Assembly: GCA_951406725.2 (NCBI GenBank)
Contig: OX597822.1
Span: forward strand, 96,720,001 to 96,784,000
Source of the DNA: Octopus vulgaris
Taxonomy: Eukaryota
DNA length: 64,000 bases
Direction of reading: 5' to 3'
Shown: in pieces, positions 27,589 through 40,348 of the stretch
Numbering within the stretch: the first letter of the stretch is position 1
Layout: the number at the start of each line of letters is the position of its first letter
Program-made: the position numbers and the translations under genes
The notes under the pieces: generated by a model
The model's database searches: none
Seen by the model: the letters and a program-made list of their open reading frames with translations, nothing else
What the model was told of the DNA's origin: nothing

Positions 27589-28175
27589 TGTGAAAATAGT
27601 CCTGCTATGAAAATAATTGATTGAAAAATGTTCCAACCAATTATTTACAATCCCTGGTTAAACCCTGTGGTGTACGGGCGTTCTGTTCAGGGTCATATGA
27701 GAATCTTATACTCTTACTTGCTTAACCCTTCTAATATTAATCCAACCCACCCTCGACTTCCTTTGGTTCTATGATACAAATTTCTATTTTAAATTTACCT
27801 AAATTATAATCTTCCAACACTTTCATTTATGTTCCAAACACCAGGTTAATAATGGATTCAAATTTTGGTACAAGGCCAGCAATTTCTGGGGAATGGGTAA
27901 TTCGGTTACATCAACTCCAGTGCTCAACTAGTACTTATTTCATCGACCCTAAAAGGACGAAAAGCAAAGCTGAACCCAGCGGTATTTGAACTCAGAAAGT
28001 AAAGACGAACAATATGGTGCTAAGCTTTTTTCCCAACGTGCTAACGATATTGCCATTTTGCCGCCCTTCAACAGCTTAATAATAATGAAGTTATTTTAGA
28101 ATAGAATTTTGTTTATCCTACTTAACGAGAATCTCCTAATATAATAATGAGCGTAGTGTTTTTATATATTTGTAC

Positions 28176-28276
<101 letters not shown>

Positions 28277-28290
28277 CATACATACATACA

Positions 28291-28326
<36 letters not shown>

Positions 28327-28328
28327 TA

Positions 28329-28626
28329 CTAGCAGTATCGTCCGGCGTTGCTCGGGTTTGTAAGGGAAATAACTATATAAGCATTTTTAGAGAGTTACTT
28401 CCCTTATATAATAGCGAAAAAATGCATTAAAATGGAAAAAGATGATGGTAATTTTTTTTTTTAATCGTAGACTCATCGTAGACGCGCGCTAATACCCAGA
28501 AGGGCTCGATATGAATCACGACTATAAGATACCCGAATTTGGTTAAACTGCACCGCAAAATGTGGGAGTAGTTAGGAATCTAAATCGTAGGAGACAGACA
28601 CACAACTTCTCTTTTATATATAAAGA
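28329..28626 (-). mobile_element. Non-autonomous Helitron
   Basis: On the - strand it starts A|TCTTTATATATAAAAG and ends with the GC hairpin CCGAGCAACGCCGG followed by CTAG|T. There is no TSD. Confidence 0.75.
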
Positions 28627-28804
28627 TATATATATATATATATATATAATTCAAAACAACATGAGCAAATAAGTATTACATTTGTCAGAGTAATCTGTAT
28701 ACTGAAGGGTTTAGGAAACAAATGCTACTTTCTCATTTACGAAACCCTATCAAAAAATAAAAGAACAAACTTCTCTCTTGTTTGCTGCGAGTTTGTATCT
28801 CTAT

Positions 28805-29219
28805 ACTCTTTTACTCTTTTACTTGTTTCAGTCATTTGACTGCCGCCATGCTGGAGCACCGCCTTTAGCCGAGCAAATCGATCCCGGGGACTTATTCTTT
28901 GTAAGCCCAGTACTTATTCTATCGGTGTCTTTTGCCGAACCGCTAAGTGACGGGGACGTAAACACACCAGCATCGGTTGTCAAGCAATGCTAGGGAGACA
29001 AACACAGACACACAAACACATACACACACATACATATATATATATACATATATACGACAGGCTTCTTTCAGTTTCTGGCTACCAAATCCACTCACAAGGC
29101 ATTGGTCGGCCCGGGGCTATAGCAGAAGACACTTGCCCAAGATGCCACTCAGTGGGACTGAACCCGGAACCATGTGGTTGGTTAGCAAGCTACTTACCAC
29201 ACAGCCACTCCTGCGCCTA
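28805..29219 (-). mobile_element. SINE-A
   Basis: Full reverse-complement copy. Confidence 0.9.
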
Positions 29220-29647
29220 TATGTTTAACTCTTCCCACTAGCTTTTTATTTAGCGACTTCTCCATAGAAGTGTTTATATATATATAATACGGCACTACAA
29301 GTCTTTTATATCTGTGTTACTTATTAGTACTTCCAACATTTAACATGAGTGCTCATTAAGTGTTGCTCTTGAGAAATGCATGGTGCGATATGAAGTTACA
29401 TAGAGAAATCTATCTGGAATATATATAATTATCATATATCTCGTTTTCAATGTACTCGGACACGCGCGCGCGCGCAGACACACACGCAAACACACATATA
29501 CAAACACACATATACATACACACGGACACGCACGGACATACACGGACGCGAATGCTTATATACACGTACACTCATTTATACCGACACTCCCATATATATA
29601 TCTATGTATACATACAAATATATATAAATATATATCTATGTATACAT

Positions 29648-29683
<36 letters not shown>

Positions 29684-29830
29684 GCATACACACATACATA
29701 CATACATACATACATACATACATACACAAACACATATATTTATGTATGTGTAGGTATGTATCTGCTCGAGTGTGTATGAATATACATGTACGAATGTATA
29801 TACACACGTACACACGGATATGTATGTATG

Positions 29831-29869
<39 letters not shown>

Positions 29870-29875
29870 TATATA

Positions 29876-29921
<46 letters not shown>

Positions 29922-29927
29922 TATATA

Positions 29928-29977
<50 letters not shown>

Positions 29978-30341
29978 CATTATAAATGCACACATACAGT
30001 TAATGTTGAAACTGTTTATACATATATGTATTTCTATCTTTCTCTCTCTCTCTCTTTTTCTTCTTTCTCTCCCCCCATTCTCCTTCTCCACGCACACACC
30101 CACATATACAGGCATCCAGCCAGATATACATTAATATGCCAAAGTATAGCCGTATGGTTAAGTTTTCAAAGGTATTCAAACTGACACATAATATGCAAAT
30201 TTCTTTTCACGCTTGTGAACTATAAAGCAAAAAAAAAAAAATCTTCGTATCACTGATATTTACTTCATCTCTCTAAAATCATCATCATCATCGTCGTCGT
30301 CGTCGTCGGTGGCTTTCAACTCCTCCCGGTTCTTGCATGCC

Positions 30342-30572
30342 TATTTCTGTACTGCCCACAAGGGGCTACACAGAGAGGGGACAAACATGGACAGACAAAC
30401 GGATTAAGTCGATTATATCGACCCCAGTGCGTAACTGGTGCTTATTTTATCGACCCCGAAAGGATGAGAGGCAAAGTCGACCTCGGCGGAATTTGAACTC
30501 AGAACGTAACGGCAGACGAAATACGGCTACGCATTTCGCCCGACGTGCTAACGTTTCTGCCAACCTGCCGCC
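30342..30572 (-). mobile_element. SINE-B
   Basis: Reverse-complement full copy. Older relics lie at ~17050, 27860, 33170 and 50580. Confidence 0.85.
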
Positions 30573-31175
30573 TTACCTATCATACACTTCTGTGTTGGTA
30601 TAGAAGCAGAATCAGTTGCCATTTTTTGGACAGTCCACATTTCTAACCTGTCTGCATCTATCTGATCAATTTACAAATTCACTGAAAGCTCTTCCCTCCT
30701 TTTTCATATAACATAACAAACTCCAGTCCCTAGTTAACTGCATCATAGCACCCCGTCCCCGACCACTGCTTGTTATTCAAGGGAGCTAACCCAGTCCAAA
30801 TTATCAAGGCAACAGACCCGCTATATTTTCCTGCTACAGAACACATGTAGTACCGAGTGGTAACACTTATTCCCCACCTCAACGTGGATGTTCTTGCGAT
30901 AGGTGCCATGAGAGAAGAAAATGTCTGGCTTTTGTTGCAAAATGCACCCTTCTTTAGATCACCAGTGGTGAGATAAATACCATCCACTTCCAGCGTCGAG
31001 ACTACACATCACATGATTTCGACCTTCCTTGGTTTTATCAATGATGGATGCTCGACCACTAAAGGTAGCAGTGACTCATCTCCCCGCCAGCGATATTTAG
31101 AAAAATAGTGCTAGAACAGGCGCTGGTGACGTGATTAGCCAGTGAGCGTGTTATAATATATTATATTAGTGATAG

Positions 31176-31470
31176 GTGGAGGTGTAATGGCCCAGTGGTT
31201 AGGGCAGCAGACTCGCGGTCGTAGGATCGCAGTTTCGATTCCCAGACCGGGCGTTGTGAGAGTTTATTGAGCGAAAACACCTAAAAAGCTCCACGAGGCT
31301 CCGGCAGGGGGTGGTGATCCCTGCTGCACTCTTTCACCACACTTTCTCCCACTCTTTCTTCTGTTGGCATGCTCGCTTAGTCAGCGGGGTGGCGTCATTC
31401 GAAGGCTAAAACAATGCGAACGCATTGTGATCAGCGATGTGTAACATCTGATGGTCTGGTCGGTCACGTG
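31176..31470 (+). mobile_element. SINE-C variant with an alternative 3' tail
   Basis: Same head and body with a different tail. TSD ATATTAG(T/C)GATAG. Confidence 0.8.
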
Positions 31471-31939
31471 ATATTAGCGATAGAGGCAGTATTATTATCG
31501 AGCGGAAATACGTAGTTCTTTTAGGCATAGTAGGAAGATTAAACAAAAAATAAAAAAGTAAAATAAGATCGCTTCGTAACCAAGTGTTTTCGGGTTCAAT
31601 CCAACTGTGCGGTACCTAAAGCTTCCGGTCGATCAATACCTTGTGTGGATTTGGCAGAGGAATTTGGTAGTTTGTCAGTAGCCGAGGAAACACGTACAAC
31701 AGCGATGGTGGAATTACAAAATCATAATTTTGGCTTTTTCATGTCATTAAAAAACAAGTATATTAAATAACATCGTCTGCTGTTGATGCACTTCTGTACT
31801 TTTTAGCACTATACATCTAGACGAGAAGTTTTCTCAGGAAGAACAGTGCACTTTTGCGGATTTTATAGTATACTTGCTGACCATGAGCTGTCAATAATGG
31901 CGGCTAAGTGTAGCATTTTGTATTTCAATAAGGTTGTAG

Positions 31940-32190
31940 GAGCACTGCGTCGGTTACGACGATGAGGGTTCCGGTTGATCCGAATCAACGGAACAGCCTG
32001 CTCGTGAAATTAACGTGTAAGTGGCTGAGCACTCCACAGACACGTGTACCCTTAACGTAGTTCTCGGGGATATTCAGCGTGAAACAGAGAGTGACAAGGC
32101 GGCCCTTTGAAATACAGGTACAACAGAAACAGGAAGAAAGAGTGAGAGAAAGTTGTGGTGAAAGAGTACAGCAGGGTTCACCACCATCCC
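31940..32190 (-). mobile_element. 5'-truncated SINE-C
   Basis: Matches the 3' two-thirds of the consensus. Confidence 0.85.
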
Positions 32191-32468
32191 CTAACGATTC
32201 TGCCAGCTCACCTTGTCACGTATAAACTTTCACAGCATACCCCAAAAAATATCTCCATAAAAGCGTCATCCGAGGCGGACAGCCTTCATTCGTTCCTCAC
32301 CGGAGATGCTTCTGTTCGCGACGCTACTGAGAATTAGGGAACCAAGCAAGTCATTCCAAACGACTATCTGTGTGCGTATGTACACGCATGTATGTGTGTG
32401 CATACTTACATATACGCACACATATACATGTATGTGTATATATACACAGGTACATATATACATACACA

Positions 32469-32868
32469 TAGGCGCAGGAGTGGCTGTGTGGTAAGTAGCT
32501 TGCTAACCAACCACATGGTTCCGGGTTCAGTCTTGGGCAAGTGTCTTCTGCTATAGCCCCGGGCCGACCAATGCCTTGTGAGTGGATTTGGTAGACGGAA
32601 ACTGAAAGAAGCCTGTCGTATATATGTATATATATATATAAGTGTGTGTGTATATGTTTGTGTGTCTGTGTTTGTCCCCCTAGCATTGCTTGACAACCGA
32701 TGCTGGTATGTTTACGTCCCCGTCACTTAGCGGTTCGGCAAAAGACACCGATAGAATAAGTACTGGGCTTACAAAGAATAAGTCCCCGGGGTCGATTTGC
32801 TCGACTAAAGGCGGTGCTCCAGCATGGCCACAGTCAAATGACTGAAACAAGTAAAAGAGTAAAAGAGT
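32469..32868 (+). mobile_element. SINE-A with a short deletion after the B box
   Basis: Consensus match with a GTTCAGTC|TTGGGC junction. Confidence 0.9.
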
Positions 32869-32921
32869 ATATATGTATATGTATATACACATATATGTGT
32901 GTAGGTATGTATGTATGTATG

Positions 32922-32955
<34 letters not shown>

Positions 32956-33826
32956 TGTAGAGAGAGAGATGAGGAGAGAGAGAGAGAAGTATTTATAAGT
33001 ATGTATAAAGATAGAGAAAGAGAGAGAGAGAGAGAAAAAGAGAGTGATAGGGAAGGAGGAAGAGGAGAGAGGCTTATACTTCCTGAAAACAAGCCGTTTT
33101 TTTTTTGTGTGACATGATAATGGGTCCCGATGTATTCAAATGGCCAGCTTTTTTAATGGAAGTGGTTAATCGATATCATCGCCCCCAGCCCAATTTGACT
33201 GATATTTTATTTCATGTTTATCGATTTCAAAAAGAATGAAGGGAAAATTGACCTCGAAGAGATTTGGAACCAGAACGTAGATGGCTGGAAGAAACACCGC
33301 ATAGCATTTTGTTCGACGCTCTAACGATTTTCCCGATATAATAATATTGCTGGTTTCAATTCAGTATTGAAAAGAAGCTAATTGAGTGTCCGGCTTCTTC
33401 ACGACGTATCTTAAAACTGAAGCCAAGTATCCGCTATCAAACCTAATTCCTGAGTAGACAGTTGTGAGAGACTGAATATATCAGCATACATTTATGTTAT
33501 CAAATAATACAATTTAATTCCTGAGGAAACTAACTCAGTCCGGTGAAGAGTAAAGTCTATAGTTCGCTGACGAGGTTATGATAAGACCGAAAGACGTCCA
33601 GATTTCTCTCTAGTGTTTACTGAAATGTTAAAAATAATTTAGCTGTTATCGATAATAGAATTAGCACATCGAACCTAACTTAGATGTGTTGTTTAGAATG
33701 CCTTAGACTGCAATAAACGTCCCGTAAAAATATTTCGTGTAGATGACAAATTCTAAAAAGCATCGAAATTTTATTATCTGTCGAAGAAATTCCTTTTAGT
33801 ACACTGGCGATGGTACTACCGTATCA

Positions 33827-34276
33827 AAGGCGGCGAGCTGGCAGAAACGTTAGCACGCCGGGCGAAACTCGTAGCCGTATTTCATTTGCCGTTACGTTTT
33901 GAGTTCAAATTCCGCCGAAGTTGACTTTGCCTTTCATCCTTTCGGGGTCGATAAATTAAGTACCAGTAACGCACTGGGGCCGATGTAATCGACTTAATCC
34001 CTTCGTCTGTCCTTGTTTGTCCCCTCCATGTTTAGCCCGTTATGGGCAATAAAAAAATAAGAAAAGTTTGCACACCGGGCGAAATGCTTAGCTGTATTTC
34101 GTCTGCCGTTACGTTCCGAGTTCAAATTCCGCCGAGGTCGACTTTGCCTTTCATCCTTTCGGGGTCGATAAATTAAGTACCAGTTGCACACTGGGGCCGA
34201 TGTAATCGACTTGATCCCTTTGTCTGTCCTTGTTTGTCCCCTCTGTGTTTAGCCCCTTGTGGGTAGTAAAGAAATA
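33827..34276 (+). mobile_element. SINE-B tandem dimer with a 15-bp TSD
   Basis: TSD GGTACTACCGTATCA at 33812 and 34277. Confidence 0.9.
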
Positions 34277-34484
34277 GGTACTACCGTATCACGTGATTTC
34301 ATCATATAGCAGATCAGCAGCAGCAGCTAGGAATACCGAATTCCAGATAGAAAATCAATCAAACCGACATGGAATAATACTGACCGAACAGCCAGTGGTG
34401 TCGGATAGAGCTGGCGAGTCGTGTACAAATTATCTATCAGCGACAGAAGAAGTTTTGCAACGAATATTCGTTAGCACATCCAGC

Positions 34485-34900
34485 GGATCTTTTCGGTTTG
34501 AACGGTAGTTTTTAACATAATTTCTAGCTAACTAAAAAATTTTTAACTTCGTATACTGGTAGAATGTGTTTATAAAACATCTTTTTTTCTTGGCTTTATT
34601 GATAAAATTCTATAGTTTGTAAGATATTTGTTGTTTTTTCTTCAATTTCTGCAATCTCAACCAATCACTGACGTCTATTCTGTGCCGTATGAATATATCC
34701 CTCATTTAAGAAACAGATTGGGTTTATTTACATTTGTGAAGAAAAAAAGATACCCTTCCCCCCACCCAAACCTTAACCCTAACCCTAACTAACCCTAAAA
34801 CAGATTGAAATGCAATAGATCGATACTAGGGTCATAATTATGGGTAACAATTTCATATGACACCGCTAGAAAAAAGCTGCCGTTCAAACCGAAAAGATCC
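34485..34900. mobile_element. MITE with ~29-bp TIRs and an 8-bp TSD (possibly Merlin-like)
   Basis: TIRs GGATCTTTTCGGTTTGAACGG / CCGTTCAAACCGAAAAGATCC with TSD CATCCAGC at 34477 and 34901. It contains an internal TAACCC-like run. Confidence 0.85.
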
Positions 34901-35130
34901 CATCCAGCCTAACTTTGATGGGTTGTTTATAACACCTTAGACTGTTGTAAACGTTTCAAAAAATAACATTTTAAAAAAAATATTGATCCATATAATTTGC
35001 TTTTAATACCCATATCACTATATATAGTAAAGGTAACTTATTAATATCTATAAAGCTGAAATGCGAAAAAATTGTTTGATTTCTTGTTATTTGTCTCATT
35101 TTGGGATAGGAACGGTTTAAGGGACAAGAA

Positions 35131-35361
35131 GGCGGCGAGCTGGCAGAAACGTTAGCACGCCGAGCGAAATGCGTAGCCGTATTTCGTCTGTCGTTACGCT
35201 GTGAGTTCAAATTCCGCCGAGGTCGACTTTGCCTTTCATCCTTTCGGGGTCGATAAATTAAGTACCAGTTACGCACTGGGGTCGATGTAATCGACTTAAT
35301 ACCTATGTCTGTCCTTGTTTGTCCCATCTATGTTTAGCCCCTTGTAGGTAATAAAGAAATA
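35131..35361 (+). mobile_element. SINE-B
   Basis: Full consensus match. Confidence 0.9.
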
Positions 35362-35968
35362 GGTTATCTTTAATTGTGGGTGTAAAAATTTGGGAGATTT
35401 GGGAAAGGCGGGTAAAAAGGAGGGCAATAAAAAGAACCAGGCAAAGAAGACGAACAAAAGAAGAAAGGGAAAAGGAGACAACACGCTCAAGACAACAACA
35501 CCACCACCAAAACCCGAGCGAAACACGGGTCAAAATAGCTAGTCTATAATATAAAAAGCACTCGTCTCTTTCACAGTGCTACTGCTGATAAAAGCGATGA
35601 GCAGTCTCTCCACAATTCATAGTGACTGTGTGGTAAGCAGGGGTGGCTGTGTGGTAAGTAGCTTCTTACCAGACAGACGTGCTGTTTTTTGCTCCGGCAA
35701 ATGTCACGTGTTAACGTGAATTATTGAACATTTTACGGCAACAGGTAGGACATTTTGGATATTTTGGAACCATAGTGAGGTTTATTGCTTGCCGTTAATA
35801 CTTTTTTGGCATTAATGTTAATTAGTGTTAACACTTTTCTGCGCGTAATAAGCTTCACTTTGCTTCGGATGTATTTGTTCTGCCTGTTGGCGTATTTATT
35901 GTCTCACCTTTTAGTGAGAATTGTGTATTTTGAAGAGGCATAGCCCCTCCTCAAAAATTAATTTGTTC

Positions 35969-36087
35969 GCTTGGATTTACCACGGAGAACCAATTGTGCT
36001 TGGATTTACCACGGAGAACCAATTGTGCTTGGATTTACCACGGAGAACCAATTCTGCTTGGATTTACCACGGAGAACCAAGTGTGCT
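35969..36087 (+). repeat. Four tandem 29-bp repeats in the 5' UTR of copy 1
   Basis: GCTTGGATTTACCACGGAGAACCAATTGT starts at 35969, 35998, 36027 and 36056. There are no spacers. Related TTGGA(T/C)TACC motifs recur in copy 2. Confidence 0.9.
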
Positions 36088-36252
36088 GCAACTAGGAGTA
36101 CCCTGTTTCGTGAGGATTACCAGTTGCAGAACTGTGTTGCCATTATTTGAACTGTCTTCCTTCGTCCCTTTCTCTGTTCTGTCTTTCTGTTCTGTCATTG
36201 TGTTTTTTTCTTATTGGACTTTGAACTTTTAGTTGAACTTCTTTTCAAAATC

Positions 36253-37454
36253 ATGGCAACAAAAGAAACCACTGCTTTGGAATGGGAGGTTGTCCCACCC
36301 AAGCAGTGGATTGAAAGTCTTGAGAAGAGGACGGTGGTCCTACGAACCTATTCTAGGTCGCGTGGAGCTATCGCCCTCTTCGACAGGAGCACCATAGAGA
36401 AAGAGTTGGGGGACCACCTACCAACGACAAAGTTTATTTCTCGGGGAGTAAATTTGCAACGGTGTGGTTGCTGTTTGGTACCCCCGAGGAAGCTAGCAGA
36501 TTTGCTAGCGAGCCACTGGAGGGAGAGGAAATTTTGTTCCTCCCCTCATATTGTGACAGAAAAGTAAAAAGAGTCTGGGTTTGTGGGCTGCCCCCGGGCA
36601 CGGAGGCGGAATGGATCGAGAAGACCATCCGGCGAGGCCTGGGGGATAGCGGACCCAGGCTACTGAGTGTGAAAATGGCTCCCGCGGTCGCCTGGGAGGG
36701 GTCAAAGGCAACTTTGACCCTGTGGACACCGGTGGCCGTGGGAGAAATAAAATTCCCGGACTTCCTGAGAATGGCTGGGCACAGGTACCCGGTGATACTC
36801 GAGGGACGCCCCCCCCCAAGTGTCACCTATGCCTGAAGCCCGGACATATCAAGAGGAATTGTCCCGGGGGCCGTGGTGGTGCCCCGGAGCATGAAGGGGA
36901 AAAGGCGCCCGCCGCCCCCTCATTGGAGGGGGAGACGGTGGAAGTCGTGGAGGAGGTTGCCTCCACGAAAAAGAAAGAGACAGGCGAGCAACAATGGCTG
37001 CTCGCCAAAGAACGCTCAGGTGGCGGAGGGGGATAGCGATCCCCCGTGTCTGGTGACGGAGTCCCCTGGGTCAGCAGTCTCCCCCAAAAGAAGGAGAAAA
37101 AGAAAGAAAGGTCGGGCGGCTGATATCCATGAGCCGCAGACGTTGGCGGGAACTGTGCCGCCAACGAAAGAACTGAACGTATTGGTCCTCTTCTATAGAG
37201 GAGGAGAAATTGAAAAAAAAATGATGGAAGAGTACCACAAGGGAGCTCCTTTAGCCTTCACACAGGACCCCGAATGGCCTCCGCAGATAGCTGTGGAGGC
37301 CGTGGCGTTCTACGTGACGCTTGGGCTAAAGGAGCTCAATGAAGATTATAGCTTGGTCCCGGGCGACGCGAACTCGGAACTTGATTACGTTCTGAGGGAG
37401 GCGTGCATGATGGTGGAGGGCGCGGGCACAGGCTATTTCGAGGACGATATGTAA
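36253..37454 (+). pseudogene. Frameshifted CCHC zinc-knuckle ORF1-like gene, paralog of 42670-43881
   Basis: It can be reassembled from four + ORF-track pieces: MATKE..TVVLRTYSRS / WLLFG..WEGSKATLTLWT..PDFLRMAG / PPKCHLCLKPGHIKRNCP / RKRKR..PEWPPQIA. Frameshifts fall near 36450, in the C-run at ~36810 and in the A-run at ~36970. Confidence 0.85.
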
Positions 37455-37779
37455 TTATTGAACTGTTAGTATTAATAATGGACTGCTAAGTCCAAAAATT
37501 GGAAAATTGAAAGAGGTTTAATACCTCGTTTTGCATTTTTATTAATAATGAACTGCTAAGTCCAAAAATTGGAAAAATTGTAAGAGGTTTAATACCTCGT
37601 TTTGTGTTTATCTTTAAAAAGAACAATGTTTTAGAGAAGCGAAAGTCGGCGGGCGCTTTTTGTCTTCTCCCATCCTTATCATCTGTCTTTCATTATCATT
37701 CACTTCATTAATGTCCTCGTCCAGCCCGCAAAGCTAACTTAATCTGTGTACTGCCTTTATGGCAAATGTTTTGAAATAA

Positions 37780-37921
37780 AGTAACTTGTCTACCAACCGC
37801 ATGGTTCCGGGTTCAGTCTCACTGCGTGGCACCTTGGGCAAGTGTCTTCTACTATAGCCTCGGGCCGACCAAAGCCTTGTGAGTGGATTTGGTAGACGGA
37901 AACTGAAAGAAGCCCGTCGTA

Positions 37922-37954
<33 letters not shown>

Positions 37955-38180
37955 GCGTGTGTGTGTTTGTGTGTCTTTGTTCGTCCCCTAGCATTGCTTG
38001 ACAACCGATGCTGGTGTGTTTATGTCCCCGTTACTTAGCGGTTCGGCAAAAGAGACCGATAGAATAAGTACTGGGCTTACAAAAGAATAAGTCCCGGGGT
38101 CGAGTTGCTCGATTAAAGGCGGTGCTCCGGCATGGCCGCAGTCAAATGACTGAAACAAGTAAAAGAGTAAGAGAGTAAAA
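37780..38180 (+). mobile_element. 3' part of the SINE-A split by ORF1-only copy 1
   Basis: Continues the consensus from AGTA(A/G)CTTG to the AAAAGAGT tail. Confidence 0.9.
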
Positions 38181-38467
38181 GTTGTCCCAAGATGGTTCCC
38201 AGCGTTGATATTCAAGAAGAGGAGTCACAGTGAAATAAGACAGAAAACGCCATGGCGGACATATAACGCCACCCAAAGAGTTCTCTACTCCAGTTCGGTT
38301 ATCATGTCAAATTTCGGTCATAATAACAACTTCATCCGGAATAATTCTGTCTATTGTTATTTTTGAAGTGCAATTTAGTTAATTGCGATTTTAATTGATT
38401 AGTAATTAACTTTAATTCTACTGTTAAATTACATTCAACATTTGATTATCTCAAGAAAATACTGGCG

Positions 38468-38507
<40 letters not shown>

Positions 38508-39280
38508 TAGACAGACAGAGAGACAGAGAGACAGAGAGACAGACAGACAGAAAGAGACGGAGAAATGAAAGGAATGGGGGGGAAGGGAGGAAGAAAGAAG
38601 AGACAGACGAAGAGGAAGGAAATACCAGCAAGAAAGAGAGAGAGAGAGACCGACAGACAGACAGAGACAGACACAGAGAGAGAGAGACAGGCAGACAGAC
38701 AGACAGAGAAACAGACAGAGACAGAGGGGGAATGGAGAGAGAAAGAGAGAGCGAAGGGGGAGACAGATGGAGAAAGAGAGAAAACATCAGTAAGGAAGAG
38801 AGAGACAGAGACACAGGAGATAGAAAGAGACTGAAAAAAGGAAGAGAAAGAAAGAAGGAGAGAGAAAAAGAGACAGAGAGAAGGGGACTGGGAGAGGAAC
38901 GGGTGGGGGGAAAGAGGGGGAAATAGACACTAAAGCGGAAATGTTTGGTTATGGCTATATAAATAGTTACTAATTGGTCTAGTGACATAATGACTAAATA
39001 GACGAGAAGGCAGAGAGGACAATGTGTGTATGTTTGCGTGTAGATATGTGTATATGTGAGTGTGTTATGTCTTTGTATATGTCTATGCGTTTGTATGTTT
39101 TCGTGCGTGCTGTATGTGTTTGTGTAGGCGTCTGTGTGTGGGAGCGCGTGTGTCTTGGGCGCACATTACTGGATCGCAATTAGCCGTAATGCCAACCATC
39201 ACTAATTCCCACCACTAACACCACCACCACCTCCATTACCATCACCAATGTAGCATAATTCATATATTGAAGTAATCTAG

Positions 39281-39353
<73 letters not shown>

Positions 39354-39551
39354 ATCCAAACAAGAAAACACAGAAAAAACACAGCAACGCGAGGACGTGG
39401 AACAATTATTTGACGCTCAGGAAAGAAGGGAATATATATATATGTAAAAAAAAACACGAACACATATTCCTTAAATTCTTTGAATTGTTTCAGTTTTAAA
39501 GATCCGGTCATGCTTGGGCACACACACCCCATACGCACACACATACATACA

Positions 39552-39635
<84 letters not shown>

Positions 39636-39815
39636 TTTCTCTCCTTGTTTTTTCTGTGTCCCTTTGTGTAGAAAAGCGTTGGCTCGAAACGTAAAAGACA
39701 TTTTCTATTCCTGAGCGTTATACTAATACATCTGTTTGTTTTGTACACCACCTGTCTTCGTCTTTTGTTTTTTTTTCGTAAACTTTCCCTAAATGTATGT
39801 ATGTATGTATGTATG

Positions 39816-39870
<55 letters not shown>

Positions 39871-39873
<3 letters not shown>

Positions 39874-40290
39874 ATATTTCGGAATGGTCATATTGCCAGT
39901 TTAGCCAATAAAAACACACGCACTATATATTTGGTGTTATTTTGCTTCAGTGTTATTTATTTTTTACATTAATCTTAATCTTATTACAGGCATCCCCCCA
40001 CATACACACACTAAATAAACATAGACGCACATAGAGATATAAGCATGCGCAAATGAAAACATACAATAGAAATGCAAAATGGCTGACGGTTAGTAAGGAG
40101 AGACACAAATAAGAAAGAAGAAAACAAAGGACCACTGATGCGGTCACAGGAGTGTGACGAAAGAAATCTGGCCGAAATAAGATTAAGATTAATGTAAAAA
40201 ATAAATTACACTGAAGCAAAATAACACCAAATATATAGTGCGTGTGTTTTTATTGGCTAAACTGGCAATATGACCATTCCGAAATATAAC
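39871..40290. repeat. 115-bp inverted repeat next to (TA)n
   Basis: 39871-39985 is the near-perfect reverse complement of 40176-40290. Confidence 0.9.
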
Positions 40291-40348
40291 AATATCTGTT
40301 TCAACACACGACTTCACATAAAAAATCTTGCACAACAAATATTTAAAC

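Larger units (their letters stand above)
23452..27656 (+). mobile_element. Full-length decayed hAT transposon with nested insertions
   Basis: Imperfect TIRs (CGAGGGTTGTGAAAAATTG / CAATTATTTACAATCCCTG) and an 8-bp TSD ATTAAACC (23444) / GTTAAACC (27657). Transposase relics span ~24750-26830 (LSLVIDGW, IKCVSHK, TWSSTYGMIERY, LERFFSSA). Confidence 0.7.
35672..37779 (+). mobile_element. ORF1-only non-autonomous non-LTR retroelement (copy 1) inserted in the tRNA-like head of SINE-A
   Basis: The SINE-A head at 35638-35671 ends GGTAAGTAGCTTCTTACCA, and the SINE resumes at 37780 (AGTAACTTGTCTACCAACC) and runs complete to ~38180. The UTRs and ORF are homologous to copy 2, and the element ends TTGAAATAA. 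Confidence 0.85.

Noticed and set aside
34770-34800. Interstitial telomere (TAACCC)n
   Set aside because: Only about four imperfect units, and they are internal to a TIR/TSD-bounded MITE.
35969-36087. 29-bp repeats as a CRISPR array
   Set aside because: The repeats are head-to-tail with no spacers, there are no cas genes, and the context is a eukaryotic TE UTR.
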